Of a DNA stretch of 64,000 nucleotides, positions 57,408 to 64,000 are shown one piece after another. Position numbers and translations under genes: made by a program. The notes beneath the pieces were generated by a model that was not told the DNA's origin, did not search any database, and saw only the letters and a list, made by a program, of their open reading frames with translations. Every line of letters begins with the position of its first letter. Position 1 is the first letter of the stretch. Source of the stretch: Deltaproteobacteria bacterium (lineage in GTDB: Bacteria > Myxococcota_A > UBA9042 > PHBI01); the NCBI GenBank assembly GCA_011526585.1, contig WYBB01000082.1:21294-85293 (forward strand), read 5' to 3'.

Positions 57408-57758
57408 TCACGCCGGAACCGTCACGAGGCGGTGCTCGTTGTTCTTGGTGTTGCCGTTCAGCTTGGACTCGAGCTTCACGATCTGGTCACCGACGGCGAA
57501 CACGCGATCGCGCATCTTGCGGAGCGCAGCGGCCAGCTTGAGGCGCTGGGAATGCTCGGTCGCGTCACCGCGGACGACCGTGCCCAGGAGCTCGCCCCGG
57601 GCGGCGAGGTCGCAGAGCACCTTGACGGTGACGAGCCCGCTGTTGTGCGCCGCCCACCACGCCATGACGAACGCGCGCCACTCGGCGCCTTCGACGTCGG
57701 CCAGCGCCTTGAGCTCGCGCGAGCTCAACAGGAAGTCCTGATATCCCGCGTGCTGCAC
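57408..57758 (-). CDS. hypothetical protein (island)
   Basis: 116 aa with realistic composition and no motif recognised. Confidence 0.45.
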   Translation of the reverse strand: MQHAGYQDFLLSSRELKALADVEGAEWRAFVMAWWAAHNSGLVTVKVLCDLAARGELLGTVVRGDATEHSQRLKLAAALRKMRDRVFAVGDQIVKLESKLNGNTKNNEHRLVTVPA

Positions 57759-57830
57759 GATCCCGCCGACGACGGCGACCCAGCCCTCGAAGCTCCCGAG
57801 CGTGCCCTCGCCCGTAGGAGCTCCTGCCGC

Positions 57831-59024
57831 CTACCAGGCGCGGACGAGCACGAGCACGGCGCGCACGAGCTCGGCGCGGTGCTCACGCGCCCAGGTCAGC
57901 AGGTGCGGGTGTCGAAAGCCGGTGCGCGCCTCCGGGTCGGTGGTGTCGGCGACGAGCCGGATCCGAGCGACGCGGCGCGCGATCTCGGTCGTGACGCGCG
58001 GGTTGTTCGCCGTCGCGATCCACGTCGCGTTGTTGGGGGCGGTGATCGTCGTGTTGCCGCCCAGGCGGCGGTCACTCCAGACGCTCGCGGTCAGCGCCGA
58101 TGCCCAGGCGGCCGAGTCGATCCCAGCGCGGATGTTGTCGGCGTAGATGATCGGATCGCCGCCCTCGAGGAGCGTCGTGATCTTCTTTCGCACCTCTGCC
58201 TCGTCGCTCTCGAAGACCGTGGCCTTCAAGTTGGCGCCGGTAACGACCATGCCGATCGCGTCGGCGAGCAGGCTCTTGCCCGTGCCCGGCGTGGCCGCTT
58301 CGATGAGGTGCAGCGGCGTCGGCCCGGCGACCATGCGGCGGACGAACGGCAAGAGCAGCGCGCCCACGGCGTGTGTCCGGTCAGACGGCGTCGCGAACGG
58401 GAAGTCGACGAACAGCTCGTCGTCGAGCAGGCGTCTTGCCGCGGCGACGTCTTTGGGCGTCGGCCTCGCCGGCACCTCGACCCGTAGACCGTCGGCGGCG
58501 TACCAGAGCCGATCCTCACGATGGTAGCCGGGTCGCGCAACAAGCATGCCCGAAGCGCCGAAGACGGGCGCGCTCACGACGGCCTCGAGCTCCGGCAGGT
58601 CGCGGTGCGGCGCCTCGAGCATCATGCCGAGGATGTCGCGCGGAGGCTTGGACGCCTTCACCTCGAAGCCCTCGCCGTCTTCTTTCGGCCTCGTGCGCGT
58701 CCAGCTCGCGATCGCGACCAGGCGGTTGAGGAGCGCTGCTTGCGACACCTCGACGATCCGCACGCCCATGCGCCCACGACCGAGGCGCACAAGGCGCCCA
58801 TCGCGCACGAAGAGGCTCTCAGCGCCAACTGGATTCGAGAGCTCGGCGGCCCACGCCTCGTCTATGAGCTCGTCCAGGTGGCGGTTGTTGACGCTGATGA
58901 TGCGCTTCTCGGGGACGGGCTCGGGCTCGAGCGCCTTGCCTTCGAGCGCTGCCGCCTCGTGTTGGACGCGCTTGATCCGCTCTTTCAGCGCGCGCTTGTT
59001 TGGCGCGCGGACGTCAGCGTGCAT
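57831..59024 (-). CDS. P-loop NTPase, putative SF3/D5-like replicative helicase
   Basis: Walker A EAATPGTGKS and Walker B-like DPIIYADN. ATG 59024 follows GGAGGG. Sits downstream of the prim-pol gene with an 11-nt overlap. Confidence 0.5.
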   Translation of the reverse strand: MHADVRAPNKRALKERIKRVQHEAAALEGKALEPEPVPEKRIISVNNRHLDELIDEAWAAELSNPVGAESLFVRDGRLVRLGRGRMGVRIVEVSQAALLNRLVAIASWTRTRPKEDGEGFEVKASKPPRDILGMMLEAPHRDLPELEAVVSAPVFGASGMLVARPGYHREDRLWYAADGLRVEVPARPTPKDVAAARRLLDDELFVDFPFATPSDRTHAVGALLLPFVRRMVAGPTPLHLIEAATPGTGKSLLADAIGMVVTGANLKATVFESDEAEVRKKITTLLEGGDPIIYADNIRAGIDSAAWASALTASVWSDRRLGGNTTITAPNNATWIATANNPRVTTEIARRVARIRLVADTTDPEARTGFRHPHLLTWAREHRAELVRAVLVLVRAW

Positions 59025-60663
59025 GGTTCTTCCCTCCAATTTTGGAGCCTTTTGCGCCGGTGCCGTAGGCGAGCGCAGCGGCGACTTTCTGACGTAGGCC
59101 GGCCTCGCTCCATGGCGGTCGGCATGTCGCGTTCCAGGCGCCGAGCGCCTCGAGCGCCTCGGCCTCCGACAGCCCGAAGTCGTGCACCATCGCCGCGCAG
59201 GTGACGTAGGTGTGTCGATCGCCACCCTGCCCTTCGATCGCCGGCTCTCGGCAGGCGAGCCACGCCTTCGCACGCTCGAGCGGCGTCATGGTGCGGCCAG
59301 GTGCACGGGTTGCGGGTGGTCGCGAGCGCTCGGCCTCGAGCGCCGCGCGGCGCACGTCAACGTGCTCTTCGAGCGCGGCGAGCTCGCACAGGAGCGCCCA
59401 CTCGTCGCCGTCGACGAGCTCCGCAGGCGTGACCACCTCGGCGGCGCCGTCGAGCACGCCTACACGATCGAAGCCCTCCGGCCAGGGCGGTGCGGGCGCG
59501 CCCTCGAAAACGGGCGGCGACAAGTAGAGCGCGTGCTCGGAGCCGGCGACGCTCGGATCGGCCCGGCCCGCGAGCCAGAGCGCTAGGCTCTCGTCATGCG
59601 CAGGCCGGTCGACGACGAAGACGACGTGACAGTATGGGCGCGACCATCCGATGGCACCGCGCGAGCCTCCCGGGACTCCTGCCGACGAGCTCCACCGATA
59701 CGCGCATGCGGCGCCGTGGAAGGCCTTGGGAAGCCGCACGCGGATTGCAGCGCGGACGAGCTCTGCCGCCTCGTCGACGGTCGGCCAGCGCTGGTCACCG
59801 GGCCAGGCGGCCAGCTTGAGCTCGGCGGGATCCAGCTTGTCGAAGTCGAAGACGAGCACGCGCCGGCCCACCGGGTGCGGCGCGATCCAGGCCTCGTCAC
59901 CGCGCAGGGTGCGCCGCATGCGCCCGCGGGCGTCGGGGTTGCGAACGAGCACGCCGCGCACGAGTAGCGACTCGGCGTCGTGCTCCCACTCCTGCAGGAG
60001 CTCGGCCCACGCCTCGACGTCATCGGCGACGGCGATCACCTCGGGCACATACCAGACCGGCGGCGCCTGTCGGTCGACCGCCCATGCGCCGGCCTCGTCG
60101 CGCACGAAGACCTTCGTGATTTGCCCCGGCGACGCGCGCCGCAGCCGTAGCCACTCCCAGGTGTGCGGCGTCGGCCAAAGCTCGCCCTCGGTCGACGGCG
60201 CCCACGTCTCGCCGGTCCAGATCGCGCCCATGATGTTGCGGCGCGCGCCCGGCACCGCCACCGGTCGACCGCCCCAACGCTGCAACCCCTCATGGCGGGC
60301 GGCCAGCTCGCGCAGGGTGTGCGGCGCGACCAGGTCGAAGAGCACCGCGCCGATCTCGCCCGGCGTCCAGCCCTCTCCCGCGCGCGCGCGCCACCGCCGA
60401 TCGGCCGTCTCCTCGACGGTGTGTCCCTCCTCGAGCAGCGCGCGGAAGGCCTGCGCCTCCTCGTCACGGTACGCGGACGCGAAGAGCTCGGCCGGCGTCC
60501 TCGACGAGCTCGGCCTCGGCGTCTCGACGACGGCGCCAGCAGAGCGCGGGAGCCACCGCCGGGCGCGATCGTCCCAGGCGTGCGCCTCGAGCCAGGCCTC
60601 GGCGAGGGTGTCGCGGGGGGCGCGCAGGAGCTCGGCGTAGGGGATGGCGTCGGGGTCGGTCAT
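59014..60663 (-). CDS. AEP-type primase-polymerase with PriCT-like C-terminal domain
   Basis: RRVLVFDFDKLD (DxD) and SRPYCHVVFVV (His motif). The C-terminus GGDRHTYVTCAAMVHDFGLSEAEALEALGAWNATCRPPWSEAGLRQKV is PriCT-like. Confidence 0.5.
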   Translation of the reverse strand: MTDPDAIPYAELLRAPRDTLAEAWLEAHAWDDRARRWLPRSAGAVVETPRPSSSRTPAELFASAYRDEEAQAFRALLEEGHTVEETADRRWRARAGEGWTPGEIGAVLFDLVAPHTLRELAARHEGLQRWGGRPVAVPGARRNIMGAIWTGETWAPSTEGELWPTPHTWEWLRLRRASPGQITKVFVRDEAGAWAVDRQAPPVWYVPEVIAVADDVEAWAELLQEWEHDAESLLVRGVLVRNPDARGRMRRTLRGDEAWIAPHPVGRRVLVFDFDKLDPAELKLAAWPGDQRWPTVDEAAELVRAAIRVRLPKAFHGAACAYRWSSSAGVPGGSRGAIGWSRPYCHVVFVVDRPAHDESLALWLAGRADPSVAGSEHALYLSPPVFEGAPAPPWPEGFDRVGVLDGAAEVVTPAELVDGDEWALLCELAALEEHVDVRRAALEAERSRPPATRAPGRTMTPLERAKAWLACREPAIEGQGGDRHTYVTCAAMVHDFGLSEAEALEALGAWNATCRPPWSEAGLRQKVAAALAYGTGAKGSKIGGKNHAR

Positions 60664-60688
60664 GCCTTGCCCCCGTCCGCGTGCGGGT

Positions 60689-60792
60689 CGATTCCGGCGG
60701 AATCGCCTCCGGGCACGAATGCGCACGGCGCCTCGTCGCAGAGCCTTCGCACCTTTTCGTCAGGGGGTTTCATGACGATTCCGGCGGAATCG
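60689..60792. promoter_or_regulatory. two identical 17-bp perfect palindromes CGATTCCG-g-CGGAATCG, 87 bp apart (candidate operators or origin iterons)
   Basis: At 60689-60705 and 60776-60792, in the 396-nt gap upstream of the prim-pol gene. Identity extends to 19 bp (cgattccggcggaatcgcc). Confidence 0.55.
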
Positions 60793-61005
60793 CCCGAACC
60801 GTTTGGACGCGGCGCGGTTCCGCCCAGCACGGGACCGCACCTCCATCGTCGGTGCTGCCCACTTCGCCGGGCGGAAGGAGCGTCGGCGATCACCGCGCCG
60901 TCTCGAGCTCGGTCGCCCTCCGAGCGCGGTGCCAAAGGCTTGCGCCGGGCCCCCGTCTCGTGATCTACTTCGCTCGTCGTCGGGCGTGGCATCGCCCCAT
61001 CCTTT

Positions 61006-61057
61006 GAGGCCTCGGGGGTCGCGCCCCGGGGCCTCGTTCATTCAGGCCCGAGGGCCT
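61006..61057 (-). terminator. two GC-rich hairpins directly downstream of the 126-aa gene
   Basis: gaggcctcgggg/ccccggggcctc (12 bp, one G-U) and aggccc-ga-gggcct. No U tract. Confidence 0.3.
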
Positions 61058-61058
61058 G

Positions 61059-61439
61059 TCAGGTAGTGCCAGGCGGGGCACCGCGCCCCGTCCGGCTCGT
61101 GTCTGTCTCATCGTGCTCGGCCGGGGGCTCGCCAGTCAGCGTCCAGTGCCTTGCGGCGCCCCAAAGCGCCGCGAACCCGTCGGGGATCTCCTCGGGCGCG
61201 TAGCCGCCGAGATCAGCGGCGAACCGCAGCGGCACCGCCGGCCCCAGCGTCCCCGGCCCCCGGCGGACCGCCTGCCGCAAGCGACGAGGCAGCGCCGCCA
61301 CCGCGCGCAGCATGGCGACACGCGGGGCGCCGACCATGTCGGCCAGCGTCGAGAGCGCGACCACGACGGGGCCGCCGGCGCGGGGCGGGTAGGCCCGCAC
61401 GCGCACGCCCAGGACCGTGCGCGACACCGCGTCGCTCAT
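61059..61439 (-). CDS. hypothetical protein (island)
   Basis: ATG 61439 overlaps the stop of the upstream gene (ATGA). No family recognised. Confidence 0.4.
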   Translation of the reverse strand: MSDAVSRTVLGVRVRAYPPRAGGPVVVALSTLADMVGAPRVAMLRAVAALPRRLRQAVRRGPGTLGPAVPLRFAADLGGYAPEEIPDGFAALWGAARHWTLTGEPPAEHDETDTSRTGRGAPPGTT

Positions 61440-61753
61440 GATTGCGCTCCGCATGGCGCGATCTCCCGGCGCGTGCCGCACACGGTCGACTCGCGTCGGC
61501 AGTCCGCTCGGCCGCAGCGGGCGCACCGTTCAGCGTGGCCGTCGATCCACGCATCCCACCGCGCCGGCGAGACGAGCACGCGCCGCCCGACGCGGCGCAT
61601 GAAGGGCACCTCGACGCCGGCCGCGAGCATGCGCGAGATCCGCATGCGCAGCGCACCGGGGGACGGCCACGATCGCGGCCAGTCGCAGAGTGGTACCCAG
61701 GGGTCGTGATCCGTCGGTGTCTGCGTCGTGCGGCTCTTGCTGAAGTCGTGCAT
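61436..61753 (-). CDS. excisionase-family HTH DNA-binding protein (Xis/AlpA-like)
   Basis: ALRMRISRMLAAGVEVPFMRRVGRRVLVSPARWDAWI resembles the MerR-type excisionase HTH. It may alternatively be the C-terminal domain of the disrupted upstream gene, which is in the same frame with no intervening stop. Confidence 0.5.
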   Translation of the reverse strand: MHDFSKSRTTQTPTDHDPWVPLCDWPRSWPSPGALRMRISRMLAAGVEVPFMRRVGRRVLVSPARWDAWIDGHAERCARCGRADCRRESTVCGTRREIAPCGAQS

Positions 61754-62553
61754 GTGCGTCACCTCCAGTGCGGGAGCTTCAGCGAGCGTGCGCCAGCGTC
61801 GCAAAAAATCGACATCGGCCTTACGTAGAGCGGCTCTCACGCCCCATTCTCGGAGCCGCGAGAACCTGCTTTCAGCCGAGATCCTCTCCTCCGCGTCGCG
61901 CACGATCTCCGACCACTCGGGATCGGCCTCGACGAGCTCCACCGCCGCAGCCCGCCGCAGCCCGTGGCACGAGGAAGCGCTCGGCCCCGTTGTGCGGCCA
62001 GCGCCCGCGGTTGTGCGCGGCCTCGTGTGTCGCGCGCAGGTGCTCGGGCATCGTCTCGACGAGCACGAGGTCGAGCTCGGCGAGGCGCGCGCGGTCGTGC
62101 GCGAGGAACGCCTCGGCGATGGCGGCCTCGACCTCTTCGGGGGTGACCTGCCGGGGGTCGCCGGCGGCGAAGTCGGCCTGGTCGTCCTCGACCAGATCGG
62201 GGCGCGCCTGAACGCGGATCGCCTCGCCGTCCTTGTCGCGCACGAGGTAGAAGCCAGAGCGGCCGGGCTCCGACCAGTGGGCGCCGGCGCTGTAGCCGGC
62301 AGGGCGGGTGTAGCTCTCGGGCAGAGCGATCGTGATCTCGGTGCAGGCGGTGCGCCTCGCTCAAGACGTCGAAGTCCTCGAGCGCGTAGCGCGTGCCGCC
62401 GACCAGGAGGCGCTTGATCCTCCCGATGGCGGCCACGATCGCCGGGTTGGCGCGCAGGCTTTCGAGCAGGTCCTCGAGCGCCTGTAGGATCTGGTGCGCG
62501 GTCAGGGTGCAGAGCCTCCCGTCGGCGCCGACGCATGCCAGGCTGTAGCTCAT
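61754..62553 (-). pseudogene. hypothetical gene whose coding signal switches frame twice
   Basis: Three consecutive realistic segments lie in three frames: MSYSLACVG...DFDVLSEAH; EITIALPESY...NGAERFLVPRAAA; VELVEADPEWSEIV.... The second switch coincides exactly with a 10-bp tandem duplication. Confidence 0.5.
61944..61963. repeat. perfect 10-bp tandem duplication gccgcagccc x2
   Basis: Removing one copy joins ...FLVPRAAA to VELVEADPEW... in one frame. Confidence 0.9.
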
Positions 62554-63215
62554 CGGTGCTCCTCCTCTTCGATCCAGCGCCGTGCCTCGTCGCTCACCTC
62601 GAGCAGGGGGACGCCGCCGGCCTCGTCAATTATCTGCTCAATCACCGCTCGGGCGCCGAGCCGGTCCGCCCGCCGGCGGATGTCCGCGATCCATGCGAGC
62701 TCGCGCACGAGTAGATCCACTCGCAGGTGGCAGTAGGCAGACGCCTCGTGCCGGGCGCCCAACGCCCGATATCGTGCGAGCTCGGCCGCGGCATGGTGCA
62801 GGGTGCGGAGTTTGTCGACGAGCGTAGCGCGGAGCGACTCTGCATGCCGCTCGGCGGAGATATCGGTCACGGTCGCCTCAGCGTGGGCGAGCAGCGTCCG
62901 CCCGGCGTCGGTGATCCTGTAGAGCTCGCGGGTGCATGTAAGGAGCCCGCGCGCCTCGAGCTCGCCCGCGATCTCTGTCCCTGCCCATGCAGCCCGCCCC
63001 GTGTAGATGTCCTCGTCCGCCAGCTCTCGGAGCACGGTCAGGTGATCGGCGCGGAGCCACCGGGGGAGGGTCGCGACCAGATGGTGCCGCAACGCTGCGT
63101 CGATCCGCGGGCGCACGTCGGCGAGCCCGTCGAAGGCCTCGAGCTCGCCGGCCTGGTCGAGCAGCACAAGCAGAAGCCGCGCCTCGTCCGGCACCAGAGC
63201 GATGATGATGCTCAT
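62550..63215 (-). CDS. hypothetical protein (island)
   Basis: 221 aa. ATGA overlap with the downstream gene. No family recognised. Confidence 0.5.
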   Translation of the reverse strand: MSIIIALVPDEARLLLVLLDQAGELEAFDGLADVRPRIDAALRHHLVATLPRWLRADHLTVLRELADEDIYTGRAAWAGTEIAGELEARGLLTCTRELYRITDAGRTLLAHAEATVTDISAERHAESLRATLVDKLRTLHHAAAELARYRALGARHEASAYCHLRVDLLVRELAWIADIRRRADRLGARAVIEQIIDEAGGVPLLEVSDEARRWIEEEEHR

Positions 63216-63218
63216 CGG

Positions 63219-63707
63219 CTAGCCCTCCTCCTCCTCTTCGTCGCCCCATGACGCGGCCTGGTAGTCCGATCGCTCGCGCAGGAGCTCGAGCGCGAGCTCG
63301 GCGGCCAGCGTGTAGAGCTCGGTGCCCGTCTTCGCGGCCTCGCTCCCCTCGTGCGCATCGGCGATCTGATAGGCCAGGCACTCGAGCAGCTTCACGAGCG
63401 CGACCTTCGATAGCGGCGCCGGCCCGGTGTGCTCGCCCGCCCCGTGCATGAGGCGCCAGGTGTGCCAGCCCTCGAAGCGGACGCGCCAGGCCTCGGCGGT
63501 GCCGTGCTTGTGGCAGAGCGGGTGATGCGTCGCAGGCTCGCGATAGCGGTGCGAGTAGGCGTGCTCGTTCGCCTCGCTCGCCCGCCATGCCAGCGCCGCG
63601 TAAGACGTCGGGGAGCTCTCAGAGCGCCATGCGACGGCCACGTTGTGAGCGGCCAGAGAGACGGCCAGCCGCTCGAAGCTCTCGGCCCGTAGGATGTAGC
63701 AGCTCAC
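63219..63707 (-). CDS. hypothetical protein (island), acidic C-terminus
   Basis: 162 aa, His/Trp-rich centre, ends DEEEEEG. Confidence 0.45.
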   Translation of the reverse strand: MSCYILRAESFERLAVSLAAHNVAVAWRSESSPTSYAALAWRASEANEHAYSHRYREPATHHPLCHKHGTAEAWRVRFEGWHTWRLMHGAGEHTGPAPLSKVALVKLLECLAYQIADAHEGSEAAKTGTELYTLAAELALELLRERSDYQAASWGDEEEEEG

Positions 63708-64000
63708 CGGCTCCCCTCCTCGGCGATCGCGTAGCCATGCGCGCGCAGGTGAGCGACCACCCGATGGCGCGGCCCCTCGACCACCCGGCGGTCACCGGAG
63801 CGCGTCGCGTAGGACACTCGGATCGCCGCCTCGCCGCCGAGCTCCACCTCGACGCCTTCGCCGCGCACGTCAAACCCGACGTCGATCGGCGCGAGGCGGT
63901 AGTGGATCGAAGTGACGTTGCGCGCCTCGTCAAAGGGCACGTCGACGAGCTCGGCCTCGGCCTCTTCGTCGTCGGCGAGGTAGGCGACCAGCTTGGAGAC
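63704..64000 (-). CDS. hypothetical protein (island), 5-prime end outside window
   Basis: The frame remains open to the window edge (VSKLVAYLADDEEAEAELVDVPFDEARN...). ATGA overlap with the downstream gene. Confidence 0.4.
   Translation of the reverse strand, partial: VSKLVAYLADDEEAEAELVDVPFDEARNVTSIHYRLAPIDVGFDVRGEGVEVELGGEAAIRVSYATRSGDRRVVEGPRHRVVAHLRAHGYAIAEEGSR

Larger units (their letters stand above)
55804..64000 (-). mobile_element. integrative element (prophage-like or satellite/island) inserted at tRNA-Ala; far end outside window
   Basis: A tyrosine integrase lies adjacent to the tRNA 3-prime end. All genes are on one strand with stop-start overlaps. Replication (prim-pol plus P-loop) and Xis-like genes are present. 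Confidence 0.75.

Noticed and set aside
60660-60992. 110-aa minus-strand ORF in the island gap, with a duplicated GDSAGI peptide
   Set aside because: The duplicated peptide is simply the translation of the two 17-bp palindromes. The rest is Arg/Pro/Gly-rich with no RBS, so the region is treated as regulatory DNA.

Overview
Very GC-rich bacterial chromosome segment. Gene content (PrkA, sigma-54-type regulator, FtsB, many lipobox proteins, split nuo cluster) suggests a Myxococcota-like Gram-negative; this taxonomic call is inference only. From left to right the window holds: a GT39-type membrane glycosyltransferase; uvrA; a PP2C phosphatase; an AmgK/MurU-like kinase plus nucleotidyltransferase pair; a partial complex I cluster (nuoE-F then directly nuoJ-K-L-M-N); and a five-gene tRNA array (Arg-TCT, His-GTG, Arg-TCG, Lys-CTT, Leu-TAG) followed by tig-clpP-clpX-lon. 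Next comes the most unusual locus, a 7.2 kb gene for a 2415-aa protein with a translationally coupled 347-aa partner gene. The protein has an N-terminal DUF4157-like HExxH domain, a 36-residue uninterrupted poly-glycine tract, a Pro/Glu linker, about 16 divergent ~100-aa beta-type modules, a C-terminal hydrophobic hairpin and a small terminal domain. After it come a sigma-70 region-4-like small protein, an orphan prkA, a MoaD-MoaE fusion, trpE-G-D-C-F without trpBA, NifS-like and Mrp/ApbC Fe-S genes, several small lipoproteins (one with a 28-aa tandem repeat), and an operon of a stand-alone LeuA-regulatory-domain protein, a HAD hydrolase and an MFS transporter. An RluA-type pseudouridine synthase and a TPR/degenerate-AAA+/Fis regulator follow. 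The last 8 kb is an integrative element inserted next to tRNA-Ala(CGC). It carries a tyrosine integrase, repeat-dense att arm, SF3-like P-loop protein, AEP prim-pol, twin 17-bp palindromes, an Xis-like HTH and a gene broken by a perfect 10-bp tandem duplication, and it runs off the window. No rRNA, CRISPR array or IS transposase was seen. All calls rest on reading the translations and the sequence by eye; no database search was possible.
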